Notes under the pieces: model-generated | Databases searched by the model: none | What the model was told of the DNA's origin: nothing | What the model saw: only the letters and a program-made list of their open reading frames with translations | In this document: one piece after another, positions 26,153 through 38,440 of the stretch | How positions within the stretch are numbered: position 1 is the stretch's first letter | How the letters are laid out: each line of letters begins with the position of its first letter | Assembly (NCBI GenBank): GCA_963701985.1 | Contig: OY969691.1 | Coordinates: 1,672,260-1,736,259, forward strand | Origin: an uncultured Coriobacteriia bacterium | GTDB taxonomy: Bacteria; Actinomycetota; Coriobacteriia; Anaerosomatales; PALSA-660 | Direction: 5' to 3' | DNA length: 64,000 bases | Program-made: the position numbers and the translations under genes

Positions 26153-27493
26153 GTGGCGCACGATCGCCTGTTCGGCACGGACGGCGTCCGGGGTGTCGCC
26201 AACTCGGAGCTGACGCCTGAGCTGGCGTTCCGGCTCGGCGAGGCCGCCGGCGCCGTGCTGGCGCACGGCGAGGCCGGGTCGTTCGTCATCGGAAAGGACA
26301 CGCGCCGCAGCGGCGACATGCTGGAAGCCGCGCTCGTCGCGGGCATCTGCGCCTCCGGCTCGGACGCGCTTCTCGCGGGCATCGTCCCGACGCCGGCCGT
26401 GGCGTTCCTCACGCGCGACGTCGGCGCGGACGGAGGGGTCGTGATATCGGCCTCGCACAATCCCTCCGAGTACAACGGCATCAAGTTCTTCAGCGGTGAC
26501 GGCTTCAAGCTTCCTGACGAGGTCGAGGACGGGATCGCCGCGTTCGTCGCCTCGGAGACGCGCCCCATGCGCCCGACCGGCGCGCGCGTGGGCGTCTCGC
26601 TCCGCCTCGGCGACGCCGTCGACCGCTACGTGGCGCATGCGATCGCCACGGTGCCGGAGCGGCTCGACGGCTTCACCGTCGCGCTGGACTGCGCCCACGG
26701 AGCGTCCTCGACCACCAGCCTCCGCGCTCTGTCCGCGCTCGGTGCGGACGTCGTCACGCTCAATTGCGACTGGAACGGCAGCGACATCAACGCCGGGTGC
26801 GGCTCGATGCACCTCGCCCCGCTCGAGCAGCTCGTCCGGTCCTCGGGCGCTGCGATCGGGATCGCGCACGACGGCGACGCGGACCGGGTGCTGGCGGTGG
26901 ACGAGAACGGCGCGGACGTCGACGGCGACGAGATCATGGCGATCTGCGCGGCTCGTCTCCGCGAAGAAGGGCGTCTGGCCGGCGACACCGTCGTCGGCAC
27001 CGTCATGACGAACCTCGGGTTCCACAAGGCCATGGAAGCGCGGGGGGTCCACGTCCTGACGGCGAACGTCGGCGACCGGTACGTGCTCGATCGGATGCGC
27101 GCGACGGGCGCGGTGCTCGGCGGAGAGCAGTCGGGTCACATCATCTTCCTGGAACACACCACCACGGGGGACGGTCTCATCACGGCGCTGCAGCTGATGC
27201 GCGTGATGCGTCTCACCGGACGGCCGCTGTCCCAGCTGGCGCGGATCATGACGCGGTTCCCGCAGGTGCTCGCGAACGTGCCGGTCGCCGCCAAGGGCCG
27301 CCTGGCGGCGAACGCGGCGGTCGCCGATGCCGTTTCCTCGGAGGAGGAGGCGCTCGGGGCTTCGGGCCGCGTCCTCGTCCGGGAGAGCGGCACGGAGCCG
27401 CTGGTGCGGGTGATGGTGGAGGCGAGCACCGAGGAGTCGGCGCGGGCGGCCGCGGACCGCCTCGCAGCGGTCGTGCGGGGGGAGCTCGGCTGA
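26153..27493 (+). CDS. glmM: Phosphoglucosamine mutase
   Basis: LFGTDGVRG; ISASHNP; DGDADR; GGEQSGH. Confidence 0.96.
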   Translation: MAHDRLFGTDGVRGVANSELTPELAFRLGEAAGAVLAHGEAGSFVIGKDTRRSGDMLEAALVAGICASGSDALLAGIVPTPAVAFLTRDVGADGGVVISASHNPSEYNGIKFFSGDGFKLPDEVEDGIAAFVASETRPMRPTGARVGVSLRLGDAVDRYVAHAIATVPERLDGFTVALDCAHGASSTTSLRALSALGADVVTLNCDWNGSDINAGCGSMHLAPLEQLVRSSGAAIGIAHDGDADRVLAVDENGADVDGDEIMAICAARLREEGRLAGDTVVGTVMTNLGFHKAMEARGVHVLTANVGDRYVLDRMRATGAVLGGEQSGHIIFLEHTTTGDGLITALQLMRVMRLTGRPLSQLARIMTRFPQVLANVPVAAKGRLAANAAVADAVSSEEEALGASGRVLVRESGTEPLVRVMVEASTEESARAAADRLAAVVRGELG

Positions 27494-27644
27494 TGCGCCG
27501 GACGCGCGAGCCGGCGATCGCCGCGCGGGAGACGTCACCGTACCGTGACCGTGGGTGTCCCGGCGCCGGTGGTACGATTATCGCGAACGGTCGGCCGGCC
27601 CGGAGGAGATGGTGACCGGAACACGAGACGCAGGACGCGAGTAA

Positions 27645-27810
27645 CGGGAAGCGCCGGGACTGCCCGGGCGAGCGAGCCAGGGCAGTCGACGAGGCGGGAG
27701 CTCATCGAAAGATTCGGCGGATGGCTCCCCGGCATCGCCCCCATGTCGTTACCGCACCGACAAAGCCCGCGGGTGACCGCGGAGACAAAACGGTGCGGGT
27801 TGGCGGGGTC
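27645..27810 (+). ncRNA. glmS ribozyme (GlcN6P-activated self-cleaving riboswitch)
   Basis: A^GCGCC cleavage motif at 27650; P1 GACTGCCC/GGGCAGTC; GACGAGG; ATCGAAAGATTCGGCGGATG; P4 CCGCACCG/CGGTGCGG with ACAAA loops and a GTGA tetraloop; directly upstream of glmS. Confidence 0.93.
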
Positions 27811-27924
27811 ACAGCGCACATCTGCGCACATCACCGACGACGGGCGTCTCGTCGCGTCCACGCCCACGACTGTCGGCACGTCCTGACATGAGGATCGGAC
27901 ACCCTCGAGCTGGAGGTCGGACAC

Positions 27925-29753
<1,829 letters not shown>

Positions 29754-30212
29754 ATGATCACCGGCCTGGGCGTCGACATCGTCGAGATCGACCGCATGGC
29801 GGAGGCGTTGCGGCGTCATCCGCGCATGCGAGAGCGGATCTTCTCCGAGGCCGAGCGCGAGTACGCCGATGGCCGCAACAGGCCGGAGGTGCACTACGCG
29901 CTGCGTTTCGCGGCCAAGGAGGCGGTGCTCAAGGCGCTCGGGACGGGCTTTTCGGGGATGAAGTTCACCGACGTCGAGGTGGTGCGCGACGCCAGGGGAC
30001 GTCCGGTGCCACGCCTCTCCGGGCGGGCGGCGCAGGTCGCCGAGGCCCAAGGGGTGGTCGAGCTGCACCTGTCGCTCTCGTACACGCACACGACGGCGGT
30101 CGCGTCGGCGGTGGCCATGAAGGCGGGTGGGCCGGCCGCCGCGGACGATCCGTCGAGCAGGCGGGCGGCGGCGTTCAAAGAGGCCAGGAGCCTGCTCGAC
30201 GACCTGGGGTAG
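29754..30212 (+). CDS. acpS: Holo-ACP synthase
   Basis: GLGVDIVEI; RFAAKEAVLKALGTG. Confidence 0.93.
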   Translation: MITGLGVDIVEIDRMAEALRRHPRMRERIFSEAEREYADGRNRPEVHYALRFAAKEAVLKALGTGFSGMKFTDVEVVRDARGRPVPRLSGRAAQVAEAQGVVELHLSLSYTHTTAVASAVAMKAGGPAAADDPSSRRAAAFKEARSLLDDLG

Positions 30213-30269
30213 CGGGCGGAAGCCGTCCGCGCCGGGACGGGGCGGCGGTCCGGGAGGCGAGGGGAGCCC

Positions 30270-31791
30270 GTGCGACACGCATTGACCGCGGCGCAGACGC
30301 GCGCCGCCGAGCAGGCCGCGGTGGAACGCGGCACGACGTTGCGCGAGCTCATGGAACGCGCCGGATCGGCGGTCGCCGACGCCGTGCAGCGGCGCGTGCC
30401 GAGCGGGCGCGTGACGGTGGTGGCGGGCGGCGGCAACAACGGCGGCGACGGCTGGGTGTGTGCGCGCCGGCTGGTGGAGCGCGGGCGGGACGTCATCGTG
30501 TTGAGCGCCGCCGACCCGACGCGTTCGGCTCCGCCCGCCGCCGAGGCCGCCCGCGACGCGGTCGCCGCGGGTGTTCCGTCCGTCATCCTCACCTCCCCGG
30601 CGGAGGCCGTCCTGGCGTTCGGCGACTCGGCCTGCGTGGTCGACGCGATGCTGGGCATCGGCATCCGCGGGGGACCGCGCGAGCCGTACGCGTCGCTCAT
30701 CGCGGCCGTCGACGACAGCGACGCGACGGTCATCGCCGTCGACCTGCCCTCCGGCGTCGACGGCGACACGGGCACCGTCGCGGGAGCCGTCGTCGGTGCC
30801 GACGCGACGGTGACGTTCTCGGCACCGAAGGCGGGCTGCGTGCTCCAGCCCGGTGCGGCGCTGTGCGGGGAGCTCGAGGTGGCGGACATCGGTATCCCGC
30901 CGGAGCTTCTCTCCCCGGACGGGGCCATCGAGGTGTGGGAAGCCAGACGACCTCGCCGACGCGATGCCGCGCGCGGAGCTCATGGCGAGCAAACGCACGC
31001 GGGGCCACGTGCTGATCGTCGGGGGCGCGCCGGGGATGACCGGAGCGGTCTGCCTGGCGGCGAACGCCGCCCTGCGTTCGGGCGCGGGCTACGTGACCGT
31101 CGCCACGCCGGAGCCCTCGCTCCAGGTGGTCGAGATCAAGCTCACGGCGCCCGTGAAGCGCGCGATCCCCGCGGACGCCTCGGGCGTGCTGTGCTCCTCC
31201 GCGGTCCAGGCCGTGCTCGAGGCCGCGGAACACGCGGACGCGGTGGTCCTGGGTCCCGGAGCGGGGCGGGCGCCGGAGACCGTCGCCGCGCTGCGAGCGC
31301 TGGTGGAGCGCCTGACCACCCCGCTGGTGATCGACGCGGACGCGCTCTTCGCGCTCGGCGGCGACCTCGCGCTCGTGGCCGGACGCGCCGCTCCGACCGT
31401 GCTGACCCCGCACCACGGCGAAGCCGCACGCCTCCTCGGCATCGAGCCGGACGCGATCGAGGCGGACCGGCCGGCCGCGGCACGCGCGCTCCAGCGCGGG
31501 TCGGCCGTCGCGGTCCTCAAGGGGCCCGCCACCCTCGTCGCGGGGGACGGCCGGCTGTCCGTCAACACGACCGGCGGGCCGGCGCTCGCGACGCTCGGGA
31601 CCGGCGACGTGCTCGCGGGCATGATCGGCGCGCTCCTCGCGCGGCGCGTCGACCCGTTCTCCGCAGCCGTGCTGGCGACGCACCTCCACGGCGCGGCGGC
31701 CGACGCCGCCTCCCGAGCGCTCACCCCGGTTTGTTGCACCGCCGAGGATGTGATTGGATATCTTCCCGAGGCTTTCGCGCCGCTCCTGTAG
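30270..31791 (+). CDS. nnr: Bifunctional NAD(P)H-hydrate epimerase/dehydratase (frameshift near 30940)
   Basis: LMERAG; GNNGGDG; DLPSG; VIDADAL; LTPHHGEA; GTGDVLAG. Confidence 0.92.
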
Positions 31792-31829
31792 CGCGGGGCT
31801 CCGCTTCGAGCACACGAAGGGAAGCCGAC

Positions 31830-32297
31830 ATGGCCGAGCTCACCGCACGAGACATCATGACGCCGAACCCGGTGACCGTATCGATGGACGTGCCCGTGAC
31901 CGAGGCGGCGCACACGATGTCGTCCCGGAAGATCGGGGCGCTGCCCGTCGTGGACGAGCACGACGACTTCGTCGGGCTCGTCACGGAGGGCGACCTCATC
32001 ATGCAGGACGTGAAGGTGCACTTCCCGACCTACCTGAGCCTGCTCGGCGGCTACGTGTTCGCTCCGGGATCCACCGAGCGGTACGAGACCGCGCTGCGCA
32101 AGGCCGTCGGCGCCCGTGTGAGCGACGTCATGACGCGCGAGCCGATCGTCGTGGCGCCGTCGGCGCTCGTGACCGACGTCGCCACCCTGCTCGTGGAGAA
32201 GGACATCGCGAGAGTGCCCGTCGTCGAGGGCCGGAAGGTCGTCGGCATCGTCAGCAAGTCCGACATCGTGCGCTCGCTCGCAGCGGGCCAGTCGTGA
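31830..32297 (+). CDS. CBS-pair domain protein
   Basis: ARDIMTPNP...VGLVTEGDL; VSDVMTRE...VGIVSKSDIV. Confidence 0.88.
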   Translation: MAELTARDIMTPNPVTVSMDVPVTEAAHTMSSRKIGALPVVDEHDDFVGLVTEGDLIMQDVKVHFPTYLSLLGGYVFAPGSTERYETALRKAVGARVSDVMTREPIVVAPSALVTDVATLLVEKDIARVPVVEGRKVVGIVSKSDIVRSLAAGQS

Positions 32298-33418
32298 CGG
32301 AGCGGCGCTGGGCGTGGGCCGAGATCGATCTCGGCGCCATCGCGCGCAACGTCCGACGGCTGAAGGCGGGGCTCGACCGGGGCGTCCTGTTCATGGCCGT
32401 CGTGAAGGCGGACGGCTACGGGCACGGCGCCGTGCAGGCCGCTCGCGCGGCCGTTCGCGCGGGAGCCGACCGGCTCGGCGTGGCCACCATCGACGAGGCG
32501 ATCGAGCTTCGGGAGGCGGGCATCGGGGCGCCGATCCAGCTGCTGTCCGAGCCGCCGGCGACCGGAGCCCGATACCTGATCGAGCACAGCGTCGTCGCGA
32601 CGGTGTTCAGCCGGCCCTTCGCCGAGGCCTTGTCGCATGCCGCGACGGCCGCGGGCGTGGTGGCGCCGTTCCACCTCAAGATCGACACCGGCATGAACCG
32701 CATCGGGGTGCGCGCTGAGGAGGCCGCGGACTTCGTCGAGAGCCTCACCGGCCTTCCGGGCATCGCGCTCGAGGGCACCTTCACGCACTTCGCGACGGCG
32801 GACGTGCCGGGCGACTGGGAGTTCGAGCGACAGCTCGACCGTTTCCGCTCGGCGGTCTCGCAGATGCGCGAGCGCGGTATGGACCCCGGCACCGTGCACG
32901 CGGCGAACAGCGCGGCCACGATCCTGCATCCCGAGACGCACTTCGACATGGTGCGCTGCGGCATCGCGGTATACGGGCTGCACCCGGCCTCGTCGACGCA
33001 CGGCCGGATCGATCTCGCGCCCGCGATGAGCGTGAAGGCGCGCGCCACGCGCGTGGCCCGGCTGGGGATGGGGGAGGGCGTCAGCTACGGCTTCACATGG
33101 CACGCTCCGGCCCCGACCACGGTGGTGACGCTTCCCATCGGCTACGCGGACGGCGTCGGCCGCTGCCTGTCGAACTGCATGCGCGTGCTGATCGGTGGCG
33201 TCGAGTGCCGCCAGGTCGGCCGTGTGTGCATGGACCAGCTGATGGTGGAGCTCCCGCGAGGCGTTCGTGCGGACGTCGGCGATAAGGCGGTCCTCGTCGG
33301 CCGTCAGGGAGAGCTCGAGATCGGCATCGACGACCAAGCGGCGGTGCTCGACACCATCAACTACGAGATCGCGTGCGGGTACGGGGCGCGTCTGGAACGG
33401 GTGTACCGCGACGAGTGA
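32294..33418 (+). CDS. alr: Alanine racemase
   Basis: AVVKADGYGHG; HLKIDTGMNRIG; GRVCMDQ; TINYE. Confidence 0.96.
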   Translation: MTERRWAWAEIDLGAIARNVRRLKAGLDRGVLFMAVVKADGYGHGAVQAARAAVRAGADRLGVATIDEAIELREAGIGAPIQLLSEPPATGARYLIEHSVVATVFSRPFAEALSHAATAAGVVAPFHLKIDTGMNRIGVRAEEAADFVESLTGLPGIALEGTFTHFATADVPGDWEFERQLDRFRSAVSQMRERGMDPGTVHAANSAATILHPETHFDMVRCGIAVYGLHPASSTHGRIDLAPAMSVKARATRVARLGMGEGVSYGFTWHAPAPTTVVTLPIGYADGVGRCLSNCMRVLIGGVECRQVGRVCMDQLMVELPRGVRADVGDKAVLVGRQGELEIGIDDQAAVLDTINYEIACGYGARLERVYRDE

Positions 33419-33676
33419 CGCCGGCCGCGGGTGAGAGGCGCGCCGTACGGGGCATTCGAGCTGCCCACGAGAGCCCGCTTGCGCTACTCTTCCAAGTGGA
33501 TGTTCCGCGTCCCACGGTCGTGACGTTCAGCCGTGCGTCCGAACTCGTGTGCAGGAATGGCGCACGACGTGTGGAAGACTGTATCGGCGCGATAAGACGA
33601 GCGCCTCGTATCGGGGTGCCCCGGGGTTTCCGAGGTGTGGGTCCAGCCTTCGGAGAGGGATCGAGAGGAGATCTGC

Positions 33677-34048
33677 GTGGTCGACGACAAGGTGCTGGAG
33701 GAGATCAGCTTCCACCAGGACGTCGTGGAGCACGGCGGCGACTCACCGCTGTACCGCATCCGTGAGAAGGAGATGGAGATCTCCGGCAAGGTGCTCGCCG
33801 CGAAGCGGCAGGCGGATGAGATCGTGGCCGACGCTCGGCGGAAGGCCAGCGACGTCGTCGCGAAGGGCGAGGCGGCCGCGACCGAAGCGGCTCGCGCCAC
33901 CGAGGACGCCGAGCTCAAAAAGGCGGAGAAGGAAGCCGTCAAGATCCGTGAGAAAGCGGTCGTCGAGGCGGCCGAGCTGGAGAAGGAGCTGGCCTCCCGC
34001 CGCGCCAAGGCGGCCGAGGTCATCGTGCGGGTCGTCACCAGGGTCTGA
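33677..34048 (+). CDS. V/A-type ATPase stator subunit G(H)
   Basis: Ala/Glu/Lys-rich coiled coil; first gene of the ATPase operon. Confidence 0.75.
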   Translation: MVDDKVLEEISFHQDVVEHGGDSPLYRIREKEMEISGKVLAAKRQADEIVADARRKASDVVAKGEAAATEAARATEDAELKKAEKEAVKIREKAVVEAAELEKELASRRAKAAEVIVRVVTRV

Positions 34049-34087
34049 CCGCCGCACAACGACGGTCCTTCGGAGGGGGTGGGGCAC

Positions 34088-36076
34088 GTGCTCGTCCCGA
34101 TGGCACGGGTTGAGATAATCGGGCCGAAGAATCGGTTCTTCGAAGTCGTGAGCCTACTGCACGACCATGGCACGCTGCACATCGAGGACCTGACGAAGAA
34201 GATCGGCACCGGCGAGATGCCGGTCGAGCCGATGGCGGTCGCGGCCGGCCAGGCGGGCGAGCGCGAGCGGATGGAGGACCTCCTCATCCGCGTGCGCGCG
34301 ATCATCAAGGCGCTGCACCTGCCGGGCTCGAAGGTCGACGAGGTGTCCCGTCAGAAGGAGTACCTGGACCTCTGGAAGCTGTCCTCCTCCGAACTGTCTT
34401 CCGAGATCGCGTCCGTGATCGACGAGGTCGAGGAACGCACGAGCAACCTGGCCCAGTCGAAGTCGGACCTCGAGAACGAGCTCTCCCTCCTCGCACGGTA
34501 CGAGCCGATCCTCAACAAGATCCAGCCGCTCGCGAAGCAGATCGTGACGACGGGGGCGTTCGACTCCGTCGCGCTGCTGATCGAGCGCAAGTACAAGGGA
34601 CTGCTCGACCAGCTGAAGTCCGAGCTCGACACGATCACGCACAAGCAGTGCGAGATCGTCTCCACGGACGTCGACGAGGACACCACGGCGGCCATCGTGG
34701 TGTTCAGCAAGACGTATTCGGAGCCGGTCCACAAGTTCCTCGCGATGGAGAACGTGAACCAGATCCGGCTCCCATCCGAGATGCAGGACCTGCCGTTCGA
34801 CCAGGCCTACGACTCGATCCGCGAGCGCCAGAAGAAGATCCCCGAGCAGCTCGAGGAGATCACCAAAGAGTTGGAGGCATGTCCGCGAAGTGGTACCTCC
34901 GCCTGACGACCGTCAGGGACGTGCTCACCGACAAGATCGATGAGATATCCGCCATCCCCAAGTTCGGGCAGACGGAGTACGCCTTCGTCATCACCGGCTG
35001 GGTGCCCGTGGAGGACCTGCCGAAGCTGCGCGGCGAGATCTCGGCGTCGTTCGGCGACGACGTCATCGTCAACCAGAAGGAGATCACCGAGAAGGACATG
35101 GCGGAGACGCCGGTCGCTCTCGACAACCCGTCCTACATGAAGCCGTTCGAGTTCGTGCTCAACGCGCGCGGCACCCGCAATACGGCACCATGGATCCGAC
35201 GTGGACGCTCTTCGTCTTCTATCCGCTGTTCTTCGGCATGATCGTCGGCGACATCGGCTACGGGCTCGTGATGCTGGCCATCGTGCTGTGGCTGCGCATG
35301 CGGTTCAAGGAGAACAGTGGCATCCAGCTCGCCACGGCGATCCTCGGACCAGCGGCCACGATGTGTATCGCCTTCGGGTTCATCTACGGAGAGTTCTTCG
35401 GCGACCTGCTCGGCAAGGCCGGCCTGAACCTCATCCACCCGATCTCGATCGGATTCGGGGTGACCCTGCCGTTCGAACGGACCGAGCTCATCATGCCGTT
35501 CATGCTGTTGGCGATCGGCGTGGGGGTCGTGCAGGTGCTGTTCGGCCTCGTGCTCGGCGTCGTGAACGCGGCATCCGGACCAAGAACCGCCATCACCTGT
35601 TCGAGCGCGCGGGCATCCTGACGCTGCTCGTCTCGATCGGCATCGCAGTGGCGGCAGGGTTCATGACGATCCTCGGCCCGGGCAGGGTCTGGGTGGAGAT
35701 GCTGTTCGCAGTGATCGCGGCCGGCGGCTTCGTCTTCGCCGTCCGAGGCGGAGGAGTCATGGGCGTCGTCGAGACGGTCGAGTCCGTGTCGCACATGGCG
35801 AGCTATATCCGTATCATGGCCGTCGGCCTTGCGGGCGCGATCTTCGCGAACGCGATCAACGGCATCGTCGTCGCATGGCAGACGGGCTCATCGGTCGGTC
35901 ATCTGGATCATCTGGAGTCCTGCTCCACTCGCTGAACTTCTTGATCGCGGCATTCAGTCCGTCGATCCATGCGATGCGTCTCAACTTCCTGGAGTTCTTC
36001 GGGAAGTTCTTTGAGGCAGGCACCAACGCAGTACAGTCCGTTCCACAAGACCACCGGAGGAGAAAGGCAGGCATGA
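34088..36076 (+). CDS. V/A-type ATPase membrane subunit I (a), frameshifted
   Basis: ITGWVP; DPT...YPLFFGMIVGDIGYG; SYIRIMAVGLA; HAMRLNFLEFFGKF. Confidence 0.93.
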
Positions 36077-36413
36077 TGGACAAGCGGCTCGCGAAGGTTC
36101 TGTCCGTTGCAGGCGTGTTCGTGGGAGCATTGGTGCTCCCGGCAGATAGCGTTTGCGCAGCAGACGACCGCCGCAGCGTCGTCGACCAGCGCATGGCAGT
36201 TCGGTGCGGCCAAGGCTCTGTCGGCTGGACTCGCGATGAGCGTCTCTGCTCTGAGCGCCGCCTACGCGCAGGCGAAGATCGGTTCCGCAGGCGCCGGCAC
36301 CCTCGCCGAGCGTCCCGAGCTCGGCCATCTGGGTCATCACCCTCCAGGCTCTGCCGGAGATCATCGTCCTTCTGGGGTTCGTCTCGGCCATCATGATCAG
36401 CACGGTCAAGTAG
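36076..36413 (+). CDS. V/A-type ATPase proteolipid K/c with N-terminal signal-like segment (frameshifted)
   Basis: Reconstructed AGLAMSVSALSAAYAQAKIGSAGAGTLAERPE...LQALPEIIVLLGFVSAIMI. Confidence 0.85.
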
Positions 36414-36446
36414 GTCCCTCACACTCGTACATAGGGGGACTTACCC

Positions 36447-37025
36447 ATGGCAATCGAAGACATCTTCATAGCCCTGGAAGAGCAGGGTGACCAGGAGAGC
36501 CAAGAGGCGATCGAGGCCGCTCGCGAACAGGCCAAGGGCATCATGGACGACGCCGAGGCGCAGGCCGTGCACACTCGCGACGCGAAGCTCGAAGCCGCGA
36601 AGGAACACGCCGACCTGAAGCTCACCCGCGTGCTGAACTCGGCACGGCTCGACGCGCGTCGCACGGTGGCGGCGGTCAAGGAGCAGGCGATCGTGAAGTC
36701 GTTCGACGACGCGCTCGCGCTCATGGACTCGCTGCGGTCGCGCTCCGGCTACGCGGAGATGTTCGCCGCGCTCGCCGCGGAGGCGCTCGAGGGACTCACC
36801 GGCGACGTCACGCTCATCGTGGCGCCGCAGGACGAGGCGCTCGCACGCAAGGCGCTGGCCGCGAGCGGGCTTTCGGGCGACGTCGACGCCACCGCCACGA
36901 CGCGGGGCGGTCTCACCGTCTCGGCGCACGGCGGCGCCATGCTCCGGCGCAACACCGTCGAGGATCGCCTCGCGAAGTTCAGCAAGACCGGGCAGTCGGA
37001 AGTCTCCGAGGTCCTGTCGGCATGA
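36447..37025 (+). CDS. V/A-type ATPase subunit E
   Basis: Coiled-coil N-terminus; C-terminal GGLTV...RNTVEDRL; operon position. Confidence 0.85.
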   Translation: MAIEDIFIALEEQGDQESQEAIEAAREQAKGIMDDAEAQAVHTRDAKLEAAKEHADLKLTRVLNSARLDARRTVAAVKEQAIVKSFDDALALMDSLRSRSGYAEMFAALAAEALEGLTGDVTLIVAPQDEALARKALAASGLSGDVDATATTRGGLTVSAHGGAMLRRNTVEDRLAKFSKTGQSEVSEVLSA

Positions 37026-38115
37026 GTGTGGCGATGCAGACCAAGGCTCCAGCGAAGGGCCGCGACTACGGCTACTGCAACGCGCGCGTGCGGGGCATGC
37101 GCTCGCGTCTCCTCGGCACGCCGTTCTTCGAAGAGCTGATGGATGCGCCCGATCTCGGGCGCGATCATCCAGCTGCTCGCGGACACGGAGTACGGTCCCG
37201 ACATCGAAACGGCGGTCATCAAGGGTCGGACGCCGGCGGCCATCGACGAGGCCTTCAGGGCCAACATGGTGCGCACGTTCCAGAAGGTCATGGGCTTCCT
37301 CAACAAGGAAGGCCACGACCTCGTCTCCACGTTGCTCGGGCGCTGGGATCTGTTCAACATCAAGTCGATCGTCCGCGGCAAGCACATGCACCTCAAGGCG
37401 GAGGAGGTCGAGGACGGCCTCTACGCCGTCGGCACGCTCAGCACCGTCGACCTCCACTTTCTCGCCGGGCTCGAGGACATGCGAGCCGTCGTGGACACGC
37501 TGGTCACGTGGGAGTCGCCGTACGCGGTCCCGCTGCGGGATAAGATGGCCTGCGTACGAGACCACCGGCAACCTGGCGGTGCTCGAACTCGCTCTGGACC
37601 GGTATTACACCAGCTGGGCGGACGAAGCGGCTGTCGGGACGTCGTGTGAACGCCGAGCTCGCGCGCAGGATATTGGGGCTGCAGGTCGACTCGATCAACC
37701 TGCTCACCACCTTCCGCCTGCTCAAGAGCGACATCGGCGAGATCGAGCCGGACGACGTTCTTCCTGTCCGGTGGCGCGTATGTGACCGAAGAACTGTTCC
37801 TCAAGATGGCGGCTATGTCGGACGTGGACGAGGTGATCGCCGCACTCGCGACGACCCCGTACTCGAAGCAGCTCGAGAAGGTCGTGGGCCTGTACGAGGA
37901 CGAGGGCTCGCTGGCGGTGTTCGAGCGCGCCCTCGAGGACTACGTCATGCGCAAGGCGCTCGATGCCGGGCATGGCGACCCTCTCGGCGTCGGGCATCAT
38001 GATCGGCTATCTGTGGGCGAAGCAGAACGAGATCACGAACCTGCGGATCATCGTGAAGGGCAAGTCCGTCGGGATGCCCGCCGACCGCATGAGGAAGGAA
38101 CTCATCCTTGTATAG
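37022..38115 (+). CDS. V/A-type ATPase subunit C (d), frameshifted
   Basis: YGYCNARVRGMRSRLL; RWDLFNIKSIVRGK; EITNLRIIVKGK. Confidence 0.9.
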
Positions 38116-38440
38116 GCTCGTCGTCCTCACGGACCCCGAGAACGCTGACGGATTCCGCTTGGCGGGATGTGACGTCGTGGTCGCCGACAGCCCGGACGAG
38201 GCGCGGCGCACCCTCGCCACACTCGTCGATGACGACACGAGCGGCATCATCGCGGTGAACGAGGCCCTGATGGCGGGCATCGACGAACGGTTGCAGCACA
38301 AGATCGACTCGATCTACCGGCCTATCGTGGTCTCTCTCCCCATCAAGGAGACCCTGGCCGTCGGGGAGGACCACAGGGCGTACCTGTCACGCCTGATCCG
38401 GAGGGCGATCGGATTCGACATCACACTGAGGCGAGGATAG
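38108..38440 (+). CDS. V/A-type ATPase subunit F
   Basis: DPENADGFRLAG; LIRRAIGFDI. Confidence 0.92.
   Translation: MYRLVVLTDPENADGFRLAGCDVVVADSPDEARRTLATLVDDDTSGIIAVNEALMAGIDERLQHKIDSIYRPIVVSLPIKETLAVGEDHRAYLSRLIRRAIGFDITLRRG

Noticed and set aside
30270-32297. 675-aa apparent Nnr epimerase-CBS fusion
   Set aside because: Artefact of a frameshift near 30940. The dehydratase half is in another frame ending at 31791, and the CBS gene has its own start at 31830.
33419-33676. Possible riboswitch or operator upstream of the ATPase operon (imperfect palindrome TCGTGTGC-N7-GCGCACGA)
   Set aside because: No match to a motif I recognise, and the evidence is too weak at this GC content.
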